The notes: generated by a model not told the origin, from the sequence alone. A DNA stretch of 64,000 nucleotides from Gemmatimonas phototrophica (GCA_945869195.1 CAMBNV010000008.1:1367-65366), one strand, 5' to 3'; shown: positions 49,030-57,888, counted from the first letter of the stretch. Translations and numbers: made by a program.

Positions 49030-50486
49030 CAGTCGTCATCTCCACCAAATGGTGATTCGCCAGTCACGTATTCCTGCGTCGGTAACCGAAAGGCCGCGGC
49101 GAGGGCCGGATCACCGCCGTCACCCATCACGCGCCAGGCCGCGTACTCGCCGATCACGATCGAGAACTTGAATCCCTCGGCCTGCCCCATGCCGGTGATC
49201 CAGGCGTTCTCGGCTCCCGGTACGCGATCGACGATGAAGTTGCGATTGACGCTGATCTCATAGTGACACGAACGGGTCGAGAGCAGCGGTGCCGCGGCCA
49301 TCGCGGGGAAATACTTGGCCAGGACGTTCCGCGAGCCGTCGATCCGCTCCTGACTCGTCCACCGCGAACTGGTGTCTGGATCCTGCTGACGCGCATCGGG
49401 CGGCGTATTGGGCGGCGGCGGGGGCGGTGCGGCGGCAGCGGCTCCCGGCGGTGGTGGCGGCGCGATCGCGCCGCGCACGCGAAATCCATGACTGTCCGCC
49501 GGCAGCGCCGCCCAACCCGTCACCCCCGGCACATTCCAGGTCGGACAGTTCGGATGCGTGAATCGACTGTCGTCGACGGGCGTACCGAAGTAGCAGACGT
49601 GACCGATCGGCAGATTGGTGCGGTTGCGCATCACGTCGGGGAATACTTTCCCGAGCCAGGGACCGCAGGCGAAGACGTACGAGTCGGCGGTGAGCTTCGT
49701 GCCGTCCTGCAGCGTGACACCTTGCATGCGACCATTCGCAATCGACCCCGGCGTCACGCGACCTAGGCGAAACTCGACGCCCGCTTCGCGCGCGAGCGCG
49801 ACCTGCGCCTGCACCGAGTCGCGCGAGCGCGCGACGCCGGCGTCAGGTTCGAACAGGAGTACCTCATGCCCCTCGGACCGAATCTGCGGGAACCGTCGCT
49901 GCGCGTCGTCGGGCGTGAGCACCTCGTACTTGACACCCAGTGTGTCCCAGAGCTCGCGCGAACGGGTGGTGAACGCCTGCGGCTTCTCACGGAGGATCAG
50001 GTCGCCGGTCTCGTAGAAAAAGCGGGTCCCAAAGCGCTTGCCGTGCTCGGCGTCGAACTCGCGCCAGCGCTTGATGCTCTCGCGCGCCCAGCCCACCCAC
50101 AGCTCGGGCGTGTTGGCGCGGTCGCCGTATGAGGAGCGGATGCCGCGGGTCTCGTCACCGGTGGTCGCACGCGAGTTCGCGGCGCCATACTGGTCGATGA
50201 GCGTGACGCGATTCCCCTGCTTGCGCAGGTGCCAGGAGATGAACGCGCCCCAGGCACCGGCTCCCACGACAATCACGTGGCTCGAGGGGCGCGCACGTCC
50301 AGGCTGGGCACTGGATGGGGCGGCGCGAGCGGCATCAACGGTCGTGGGTGCGACGCTCGTGGGTGCGACGGTCGCCGGCGCGACGCCGGTGAGTAGCGCG
50401 CCCGTGCTCAATCCCGCGAGCCGGAGAAAGTCGCGGCGGGGCAGTTCGTTGACTGCGGAGTGGTTGTCGTCGGCGGTGTCGGACAT
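49029..50486 (-). CDS. Tat-exported FAD-dependent oxidoreductase, sarcosine oxidase/MTOX/FAOX family
   Basis: RRDFL Tat signal; GAGAWG, GDETRGIRSSYG, SCHY (Cys at covalent-FAD position), GFKFS. Confidence 0.82.
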   Translation of the reverse strand: MSDTADDNHSAVNELPRRDFLRLAGLSTGALLTGVAPATVAPTSVAPTTVDAARAAPSSAQPGRARPSSHVIVVGAGAWGAFISWHLRKQGNRVTLIDQYGAANSRATTGDETRGIRSSYGDRANTPELWVGWARESIKRWREFDAEHGKRFGTRFFYETGDLILREKPQAFTTRSRELWDTLGVKYEVLTPDDAQRRFPQIRSEGHEVLLFEPDAGVARSRDSVQAQVALAREAGVEFRLGRVTPGSIANGRMQGVTLQDGTKLTADSYVFACGPWLGKVFPDVMRNRTNLPIGHVCYFGTPVDDSRFTHPNCPTWNVPGVTGWAALPADSHGFRVRGAIAPPPPPGAAAAAPPPPPPNTPPDARQQDPDTSSRWTSQERIDGSRNVLAKYFPAMAAAPLLSTRSCHYEISVNRNFIVDRVPGAENAWITGMGQAEGFKFSIVIGEYAAWRVMGDGGDPALAAAFRLPTQEYVTGESPFGGDDD

Positions 50487-50661
50487 GGCAGGGAAGAGGG
50501 GGCGATTGGAGATATGCGAAGATGCCGCGCTCGCGGCGGTGCCGCAATCGGCGCGGGCGCGGCGGGCGCGGCGACGCGCGCACCGCGTCGCCGACTCGAC
50601 TACCGTCAACCAACGTGCGGTGTCTTGCACGCGTTGAACCACCTCGCCAGCTTCCCTCTCG

Positions 50662-51099
50662 ATGCCAACACCCTTTATCCCGCGCTTGCGCCTCGCTGCA
50701 CTCGTCGCGTTCGTATTTGGCCTGGCCGCCGCGCGCGCCCAGCCCGCGGGCGCCCAGGACCACGCCCTGCCCTCTGCGGCCGCCAAGCAGGTTGAGCTCG
50801 GCGAGCAGTGGTTCCGCGCCGCCTGCGCCGAGTGTCACGCCATCGGCGGCCTCTCCAACGCCGACTTCCGTCTAAAATGGAGCGGCCGATCCGCGTTCGA
50901 ACTCATCGAGTCAATCCGATCGACGATGCCCGAATCCGCCCCAGGCTCGCTCACGCAGGGGACCTATATCGCCGTCGTCGCCTACCTCATGCGGACGAAC
51001 GGCATGCCCGTCGGCACGACCGCGCTCCCCGCTGACAGCGCGGGTCTCGCGACCGTCAGGCTCAGTTTCACTCCCGCTTCCTCCACCCTTCGACGCTGA
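50662..51099 (+). CDS. Periplasmic monohaem cytochrome c (paralogue of 43405-43815)
   Basis: Signal peptide, CAECH, TMP, YLMRTNGMP.G..ALP.DSA. Confidence 0.88.
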   Translation: MPTPFIPRLRLAALVAFVFGLAAARAQPAGAQDHALPSAAAKQVELGEQWFRAACAECHAIGGLSNADFRLKWSGRSAFELIESIRSTMPESAPGSLTQGTYIAVVAYLMRTNGMPVGTTALPADSAGLATVRLSFTPASSTLRR

Positions 51100-51106
51100 C
51101 CGACCT

Positions 51107-51550
51107 ATGCGCAACGCACAGAGCTTGTACCGCACCGCAGCGCTCCTCGCGCTCGCGCTCGTTCCCGCACTGGCCCAGGCCCAAGCGCGCGAGGCACTTG
51201 GCCGCTCGACCGCGACGCTGACGCAGGCGATCCGCGTCGGCAACATGGTCTACGCCTCGGGCGCACTCCCGGCGGGTGGCGCCAACGCCGACACGACCAT
51301 TCAGGGCCAGACGCGCAGCGCGCTCGCCAGCATCAAGAGCACACTGGAGCTGGCGGGCACGACCATGGAGCACGCGGTCAAGTGCACCGTCTTCCTTCTC
51401 GAGGGCAGCGACTTTCGCGGTATGAACGAGGCCTACGCTGAGTCCTGGCCGGTGTCGCCACCGGCGCGGTCCACCGTGATCGTCAAAGGACTCGTGGTCC
51501 CCAACGCGAAGCTCGAGATCGAATGCATTGCGGTGATGCCGGTGAAGTAA
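51107..51550 (+). CDS. Rid (RidA/YjgF/UK114) family protein with signal peptide
   Basis: AIRVGNMVYASG, VKCTVFL, MNEAY, PARSTV (catalytic Arg), LEIECIA; N-terminal LLALALVPALAQA. Confidence 0.85.
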   Translation: MRNAQSLYRTAALLALALVPALAQAQAREALGRSTATLTQAIRVGNMVYASGALPAGGANADTTIQGQTRSALASIKSTLELAGTTMEHAVKCTVFLLEGSDFRGMNEAYAESWPVSPPARSTVIVKGLVVPNAKLEIECIAVMPVK

Positions 51551-51596
51551 ACAACGGCGTGTGGCAACGAGTCGTTGCACCGACGCGTTGCACCCC

Positions 51597-52595
51597 TCAG
51601 CCGAGCGCGATCCGCAGGTCCCGCTCGCTGAGGTTTCCGCCACAGATCACAATCCCCACACGCAAGCCCGCCAGTTCAGGCGCGAGCGTGCGTAGCCCTG
51701 CGAGACCGGCCGCCCCGGCCCCCTCCGGCAGATTGTGTGTGATCCGGATCAGATCGCGGACCGCGGCATACATCTCCACGTCGGTCACCGTGACGAAGCC
51801 CGAGAGCCCCGCGCGCAACGCATCAAAGGTGAGATCGTAGGCCGAACCGGTCGCGATCCCCTCGGCGAACGTCGCGATCGGCTGGCGCTCGAGCTTCTCC
51901 CCGCGCTTCCAGCTCTCGTACTGCGCGGCCGCACCCGTCGCGCCCACCGCATAAATCCGCAACGACGGCCTCCGCGCGGCGGCGACCGCAAGCGCCCCCA
52001 CCGACTGCGAGCCGCCGCCGAGCGCGATCACCAGCACGTCGAGCTCCGGCTCCTGCTGCACGATCTCGAGCGTCATCGTCGCCGCGCCGGCAATGACCAG
52101 TGGGTCATTGGTCGAGTGCGCGAGCACGAGCCCGCGCTCGGCCCCAATCCGCGCGCACTCACGCACGGTCACATCGTAGGTCTCACCGACCTCAATGAGT
52201 TCGGCGCCGAGCGCGCGGATGGCGGCATTCTTCCCGGGGTTGTTCCCGATCGGAACGCAGATGCTGACGGGCGTGCCCGTCAGCCGGCCGCCATACGCGA
52301 TGCCCTGCCCGTGATTGCCCGTGCTCGCGCCAATCAGGCCCCGTCCGCGCTGCTCCAGTGTGCGCCCAAGGATCGCGTTAAGCCCGTTGCGGATCTTGAA
52401 GCTCTGCGTGGGATGATGGTTCTCGTGCTTCACGTGCACGCGAATGCCGTGCCCAACCAGCGCGTCGAGCTCGTCGTAGTGCCGCAGCGGCGTCGTGGCG
52501 AGGTGGGGCCGGAGCCGCGACTCGGCGGCGAGGACATCACTGAAGGTGATCGGCAGCGCACCGCTGGTGAGCGCTTCGGTGGCCCCGGGGCTCAT
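51597..52595 (-). CDS. PLP-dependent threonine/serine dehydratase-family enzyme (fold type II)
   Basis: SFKIRNG (PLP lysine), ASTGNHGQG, LGGGS, CGGN; ATGA coupling with csoR. Confidence 0.85.
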   Translation of the reverse strand: MSPGATEALTSGALPITFSDVLAAESRLRPHLATTPLRHYDELDALVGHGIRVHVKHENHHPTQSFKIRNGLNAILGRTLEQRGRGLIGASTGNHGQGIAYGGRLTGTPVSICVPIGNNPGKNAAIRALGAELIEVGETYDVTVRECARIGAERGLVLAHSTNDPLVIAGAATMTLEIVQQEPELDVLVIALGGGSQSVGALAVAAARRPSLRIYAVGATGAAAQYESWKRGEKLERQPIATFAEGIATGSAYDLTFDALRAGLSGFVTVTDVEMYAAVRDLIRITHNLPEGAGAAGLAGLRTLAPELAGLRVGIVICGGNLSERDLRIALG

Positions 52596-52948
52596 CGGCC
52601 GTGCCGGTACATGAGATCGACGAGCTCGTCGTACATCGCTTCGGCTTCGACCGGGCCCGATCGGATCGCTCCGGCGGCACAGTGCTTGAGGTGATTGCGC
52701 ATGAGCTCTCGACTCACACTCCGCAGCGCCTCCTGCACCGACGAGATCTGCGTCATCACGTCGGCGCAATAGCGGTCCTCCTCAACCATCTTCTGCAGCC
52801 CGCGCGCCTGGCCCTCGATGCGGCGCAAGCGTTTGAGGTTTCGGTCCTTGATGTCGGCGTCCACCGCCAGGGCCTTGCGACCCGAAACGTCCCCGTGCGC
52901 ACCGCACCCACAGGCCGCCGCCAGCTGAGTTGTCGGCGCGCTCGCCAT
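52592..52948 (-). CDS. csoR: Copper-sensing repressor, CsoR family
   Basis: RLRRIEGQARGL, YCADV..Q, NHLKHC (Cys/His/Cys ligands). Confidence 0.92.
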   Translation of the reverse strand: MASAPTTQLAAACGCGAHGDVSGRKALAVDADIKDRNLKRLRRIEGQARGLQKMVEEDRYCADVMTQISSVQEALRSVSRELMRNHLKHCAAGAIRSGPVEAEAMYDELVDLMYRHGR

Positions 52949-53157
52949 CAGCGCATTCCCACGACGGCGTAGCCCTCGTCGGTCACGGCCTTGGCGAGGG
53001 CGGTGGCGGAGACCTGTGCTTCGTCAAACTCGACGGTGGCAGAGCCGATGCGGACCTCATCAACGTGCACCCCGGTGATGCGCTGCAGGGTCCGCGAGAT
53101 CGACGCGACGCAGTGGCCACAGGACATGCCGGAGATGTCGAGCGTAAGCTTGATCAG
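52948..53157 (-). CDS. copZ: CopZ-like copper chaperone (HMA domain), absent from the ORF track, probable CTG start
   Basis: (L)IKLTLDISGMSCGHCVASI..DEGYAV; GAGGAG 5 nt before CTG; TGATG coupling to csoR. Confidence 0.85.
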   Translation of the reverse strand: MIKLTLDISGMSCGHCVASISRTLQRITGVHVDEVRIGSATVEFDEAQVSATALAKAVTDEGYAVVGMR

Positions 53158-53169
53158 GCTGTCTCCTCG

Positions 53170-53223
53170 AGTTCTTGAACGACGTTGATCAAGAACTTAT
53201 ATACCCCCCTACCCTATTGGCAA
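53170..53223 (-). promoter_or_regulatory. copZ-csoR promoter with CsoR-type operator and 5'UTR inverted repeat
   Basis: TTGCCA (53223-53218) with TATAAG or TAAGTT 16-18 nt downstream; ATACCCCCCTACCCTAT (53201-53217) in the spacer; AGTTCTTGA-10-TCAAGAACT (53170-53197). Confidence 0.7.
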
Positions 53224-53334
53224 GCAGTGCAACGCACGGGGTCAACTCGACGCGCGGACGACACCGCCGGGTCCCCTACTTCTGTCGCCCGCGTACACGC
53301 CGTATTCTCTTCTGACCTTTTCTCCGAGCCCTGA

Positions 53335-55311
53335 ATGCTCCTGCCGGTTATAGCCCTCATCGTCGCGACCACCAGCGCCGCGGTGACCAGCGTCGACACG
53401 ACCACCTGGATTGTGGACAACCACGGCCGACGGGCTGGAGCACTCACGGTCATCACCAAGGGTGACTCGGTTGTCGCACGATGGATCTATACCGACCGCA
53501 ATCGCGGCGGGCGCGTGGAGACGCGCTACCACCTCGGGCACGACGGGCGACTGCGTGCGGCCGAAACGCGCGTCGTCCTGGCGGACGGAACAGCTGGCGA
53601 GCCGACCGAGCGCCTCGAGGTCCTCGGTGACTCGGTCTGCGTGCGCACTGGCCTAGGGGCAACCGCGACGTCCACCATGGCCGTGGTATCGGCGCGCGCC
53701 TTCGTCGGGTTGCGCGGCCAGTCCACACCGTACGAGCAGGCGGCGCTCGCGCGCCATCTCCTGGCACAACCCGATCGCACGGCACCGCTCGTCGGCGGCG
53801 GCGAGGCACGCGCCGAGGTCATCGCCGACACGAGCTTGCGCCTCGGCAGCGGGCGGCAGTACGCCCGACTCGTCATGATCTATCGCGGTACTGCGGTGAC
53901 CCCCACTGGCATCTGGCTCGACGAGCGCGGGCAGCTCATCGCCACCGACGTGCAGTGGTTCGTCACCCTCCGACAGGGCGCGGAGCCGCTGCTGCCCTCG
54001 CTGAGGGCCATCGAACTCCGGTGGCGCGACGAGCGCGCCGAGGCGCTGGCCAAGACCGTCCGCACACCGACCAACGCTACGATAGTGATCAGGGGCGGCG
54101 ACCTCTTCGACGCGGAATCCGGCGTCATGCGCCCCGCGCAGACAATCGTCGTGCGTGGTGACCGCATCATCGCCGTCGGGGCCGCCGACGCGGTGCGCAT
54201 TCCAGCGGGCGCCACGGTGATCGACGCCACTGGCCGGACCGTCATGCCGGGGATGTGGGATATGCACGGGCACATTCAGGTCGGCACGCAGGGCCCACTC
54301 GGGACCAGTCAGCTGTCGCACGGCCTGACCACGGTGCGCGACCTTGCCGCCGACATCGACGTCGCGACATCAGTGCGTGACCGCGAGCGCGCGGGGAAAC
54401 TGGCGTCGCCTCGGGCGGTGCTCGGCGGCATCATCGAAGGACCCCTCGCGTGGGCCGGTCCCAGCGACGCGATTGCCCGTGACGAGGCCGAGGCGCGCCG
54501 ATGGGTCGCGCGATACGACTCCCTCGGCTACAAGCAGATCAAACTCTACAACGTCGTGCATCCCGACCTCATCCCGGTCATCGCCGCCGAAGCGAAGCAG
54601 CGCGGGATGCGTCTCAGTGGCCACATCCCGCGCGGAATCAGCATGGAGGCGGCCGTTGCGCTCGGCTACGACGAGATCCAACACGCCGCCTTCTTCTTCT
54701 CGAACTTCTTCCAGGACTCGCTCTACCTGCCTCGCATGCGCGCGTATTCACAAGTCGCGACCGCCGTCGCACCGCAGTTCGACGTCTTCTCGCCGGCGAT
54801 GACGCGGCTGCTCGATGTTCTCAAGGCGCACGGGACCGCCATCGACGGCACCTTCAATCTGTGGATCGGTGGAGGGGGAGCGCTCGTCGGCGCCGGTGGC
54901 TCCACCGACCAGCAACGTTCCGACAGTGCCTACGTCAACCTGATCCGACGACTGTATGCCCACGGCATCCCACTCATCGCCGGCACCGACAACTCGAGTG
55001 GGGCAACCTTCCGTCGCGAACTCGAGATGTACGAGCTCGCGGGCATCCCAGCACCGCGCGTGCTGCAGATCGCCACCATCGAGGCGGCGCGACATATGCG
55101 CGACGATCGCGACTATGGCAGCGTGAGCGTGGGGAAAGTCGCCGACATCCTGATCGTGACGGGGAAGCCTGCAGAGCGCATCGGTGACCTGGCGGGGATT
55201 GAGACGGTGATCCGAGCTGGCCGGCTCTATCAGGTGGCTGCGCTACGGGCAGCGACCACCGGCCGCATCGTGGCGCCTACCGGCGCTGACGGAACCGATC
55301 ACCGCCACTGA
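53335..55311 (+). CDS. Exported amidohydrolase-family protein
   Basis: MPGMWDMHGH, IKLY, SGHIP, EIQH, GTDN, GKVADILI. Confidence 0.85.
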   Translation: MLLPVIALIVATTSAAVTSVDTTTWIVDNHGRRAGALTVITKGDSVVARWIYTDRNRGGRVETRYHLGHDGRLRAAETRVVLADGTAGEPTERLEVLGDSVCVRTGLGATATSTMAVVSARAFVGLRGQSTPYEQAALARHLLAQPDRTAPLVGGGEARAEVIADTSLRLGSGRQYARLVMIYRGTAVTPTGIWLDERGQLIATDVQWFVTLRQGAEPLLPSLRAIELRWRDERAEALAKTVRTPTNATIVIRGGDLFDAESGVMRPAQTIVVRGDRIIAVGAADAVRIPAGATVIDATGRTVMPGMWDMHGHIQVGTQGPLGTSQLSHGLTTVRDLAADIDVATSVRDRERAGKLASPRAVLGGIIEGPLAWAGPSDAIARDEAEARRWVARYDSLGYKQIKLYNVVHPDLIPVIAAEAKQRGMRLSGHIPRGISMEAAVALGYDEIQHAAFFFSNFFQDSLYLPRMRAYSQVATAVAPQFDVFSPAMTRLLDVLKAHGTAIDGTFNLWIGGGGALVGAGGSTDQQRSDSAYVNLIRRLYAHGIPLIAGTDNSSGATFRRELEMYELAGIPAPRVLQIATIEAARHMRDDRDYGSVSVGKVADILIVTGKPAERIGDLAGIETVIRAGRLYQVAALRAATTGRIVAPTGADGTDHRH

Positions 55312-55333
55312 TCCGGAGCGACCCATCGGGCCG

Positions 55334-56329
55334 TTACGGATCGAGCAACCCCGAGAGCCAGTGCAGCGTGTTGAGCGCAAACTGGGCGTTCTGCTCGGCG
55401 AGCGGCGCGTTCATCCCCATCGGCCGCTTCTCGCCTCCGATGACCTGGGCGCTGAACATCGCCGCTTCGCCGAAAAAGGCCACGCGCCCACTCCCGATCC
55501 GGCGCGTAGCACCTTGTAACCAGCCCCCCACTTGGCGCTGCGTGGTCGTCGAGTCGAACTGCCACGCAATACGTGGCTCGAGCAGGACGAAGTCCTCCGG
55601 CAGTACCATCACCGCGGCGGCGGTGGCGCCCGCCAGACGAAACGCCTGCCCTGTGAAGCTGCGCACCTGTGTCACGCGTTCGGTCGAATCACGCCCGCGG
55701 ATGATTGCGTGTGCCTGGAGCGTTCCATCGGTGGGGACGAAGAGGGTGGGCGTGGCGCGGACGGCCGTGATCGCTGCCTCGGTTGATCCGACGGGTGCGG
55801 CCTTGTAGGCGAACCCGTCGGTGAACGATGCCCCGAAAGCCGCGGCCAGCTTGGCGGCTGACCCGGCGAGCGGCATGTGGTCGGCAATCAACAGTAGTTG
55901 ACCGCCACGCTCGACCCACGAGTGCACCGCGACGATCTCACCATCCGTGAATGCCGACGGCGTCGGGGTGGGGTACGTCGACCACTCCACTCCGCTCCAC
56001 TGCGCGTTGGAGATCACGAGCAGCTCGCAGTCACCGAGACTCGTCGCAGCGAACGCGGCGCGGAGCGGTGCGACGCGGTAGCCATCGCGTCGCGCGAGTT
56101 CACCGAACGCCCAGAAACGCTCCGCGAGGGTATGAAAGTTTTGGTGCGCCTCGTCGAGGCAGAGCCGAGGACCCTCTGCCGTCCCGAAGGCCGGCCGTGC
56201 GACGGACGGTCGAAACTCGCGATCAGGAATCTGCTGGGCGCCGAGCGCCGGCGCCGCCACGACGGTCACGCGGAGCAGAGCGTACCAGAGGGCGATCGAC
56301 CGGTGACTGCGAAATTGCAGCAGGGGCAT
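55334..56329 (-). CDS. Exported DUF4350 / GATase-like domain protein
   Basis: LDEAHQNFHT, GGQLLLIADHMP, GRVAFFGEAAMFSAQ, NTLHWL. Confidence 0.65.
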   Translation of the reverse strand: MPLLQFRSHRSIALWYALLRVTVVAAPALGAQQIPDREFRPSVARPAFGTAEGPRLCLDEAHQNFHTLAERFWAFGELARRDGYRVAPLRAAFAATSLGDCELLVISNAQWSGVEWSTYPTPTPSAFTDGEIVAVHSWVERGGQLLLIADHMPLAGSAAKLAAAFGASFTDGFAYKAAPVGSTEAAITAVRATPTLFVPTDGTLQAHAIIRGRDSTERVTQVRSFTGQAFRLAGATAAAVMVLPEDFVLLEPRIAWQFDSTTTQRQVGGWLQGATRRIGSGRVAFFGEAAMFSAQVIGGEKRPMGMNAPLAEQNAQFALNTLHWLSGLLDP

Positions 56330-56391
56330 CAGCGCTCCGAATAGTTCCCACAAAGTTGCGGCATGCCCCGGCACAGGACAACTTCCCGCGC

Positions 56392-57813
56392 ATGAAACCC
56401 TACGCCATTCGCACCATCGCCGCTGCGGCGGCCCTCACGGCAGCACTTGCTGCCACCACGCCGATCACTGCGCAGGCGCCGAACCCGCGCGCGCGTTGGG
56501 AAGCGCAGTCCCGCGCGCTCCTCAAGGAGCTCGTCGAGATCAACACCACGCACAGCACCGGCAGCACCGTGATCGCTGCCGAGGCGATGGCGAAGCACAT
56601 GCGCGCCGCTGGCTTCCCGTCCGAAGACGTGATCGTGCTCGAGAATGCGCCCCGCAAGGGGAATCTCGTGGTCCGCTATCGCGGCCGGAACACTGGACGC
56701 AAGCCGATCCTGCTGCTCTCGCACATTGACGTCGTCGAAGCCGACCCCAAGGACTGGACGCTACCGCCGTTCGAGTTCATCGAGAAGGACAGCATCTTTT
56801 ACGGTCGTGGCGTCGCCGATGACAAGGACGAGAGCGCAATCCACCTGACCATCCTCCTGCGGATGAAGGCCGAAGGGATCGTGCCCGACCGTGACATCAT
56901 CGTCGCGCTCACCGCTGACGAGGAGGGCGGCCCGGCGAACGGCGTCGACTGGATCCTGCGCAATCGGCCGGAGCTGCTACGGGCCGAGTACGCCTTCAAT
57001 GAGGGCGGCGGTGGACGGGTTGAAGACAAGAAAAAGATTTCCAACGACATCCAGGCGAGCGAGAAGAAGGTCGCCAACTTCACGGTCGAAACGACCAACT
57101 CTGGCGGTCATAGTTCGCAGCCGCGGCCCGACAACGCCATCTACCAACTGGCCGCTGCGCTCTCGAAGCTCGGCAACTACCACAGCCCGGTGCACCTGAA
57201 CGAGGTGACGCGCGAGTACTTCCGCCGTCAGGCCGCCATCGTTGGCGGCCCGACCGGCGCGGCGATGCGCACGATTGTCGCCAACGAGCGCGACTCGGCT
57301 GCTGCCGCGATCATCTCGCGCGACCCGGCAAACAACTCGCGCCTGCGGACCTCGTGCGTAGCGACGATGCTCACCGGCGGCCATGCATCGAACGCGCTCC
57401 CCCAGCGCGCGACCGCGACCGTTAACTGCCGCATCCTGCCCGACGAGTCCACCGCACTCGTGCAGCAGCGGCTGGAGAAGGCGATTGGCGATACCGGGGT
57501 TCACATCACGGTCCAGCGGGGAGCGCAGGACAGTCCGCCGTCGCCGCTCACGCCCGAACTGTTGCGCACGATCGAGCAGACGACACTGGAGCTCTGGCCG
57601 GGAATGCCGGTGGTGCCGACCATGAGCACCGGGGCGACCGACGGCCGCCATCTTCGTGTGGCGGGGATCCCCGTGTACGGCGTCTCGGGGCTCTTCTACG
57701 AAGGGCCGAACGCGCACGGGATGAATGAGAAGATCGAGGCGCGCGCCTTCTATGAGGGGCTCGAGTTCATGTACCGGTTGGTACGAAAGCTCTCGGCCGG
57801 GCCAGGGATGTAA
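56392..57813 (+). CDS. Exported M20/M25/M40 metallopeptidase
   Basis: LSHIDVV, GRGVADDK, ADEEGG, NEGGG, GGHSS, GATDG, AHGMNE. Confidence 0.9.
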   Translation: MKPYAIRTIAAAAALTAALAATTPITAQAPNPRARWEAQSRALLKELVEINTTHSTGSTVIAAEAMAKHMRAAGFPSEDVIVLENAPRKGNLVVRYRGRNTGRKPILLLSHIDVVEADPKDWTLPPFEFIEKDSIFYGRGVADDKDESAIHLTILLRMKAEGIVPDRDIIVALTADEEGGPANGVDWILRNRPELLRAEYAFNEGGGGRVEDKKKISNDIQASEKKVANFTVETTNSGGHSSQPRPDNAIYQLAAALSKLGNYHSPVHLNEVTREYFRRQAAIVGGPTGAAMRTIVANERDSAAAAIISRDPANNSRLRTSCVATMLTGGHASNALPQRATATVNCRILPDESTALVQQRLEKAIGDTGVHITVQRGAQDSPPSPLTPELLRTIEQTTLELWPGMPVVPTMSTGATDGRHLRVAGIPVYGVSGLFYEGPNAHGMNEKIEARAFYEGLEFMYRLVRKLSAGPGM

Positions 57814-57849
57814 GCGAGCGGCAGCGATGAGAAGGGAAAAGCGAAAAGG

Positions 57850-57881
57850 AAAAAGGGCCGCCCGAGTGGGCGGCCCTTTTT
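57850..57881. terminator. Bidirectional intrinsic terminator
   Basis: Perfect AAAAAGGGCCGCCC-GAGT-GGGCGGCCCTTTTT between convergent genes. Confidence 0.9.
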
Positions 57882-57888
57882 ACAAGGA

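Noticed and set aside
50330-50400. 15-bp tandem repeat (VAPAT/VAPTS/VAPTT)
   Set aside because: Low-complexity linker after the Tat signal; similar to the 9-bp TAA repeat in the S9 peptidase near 39265-39295.
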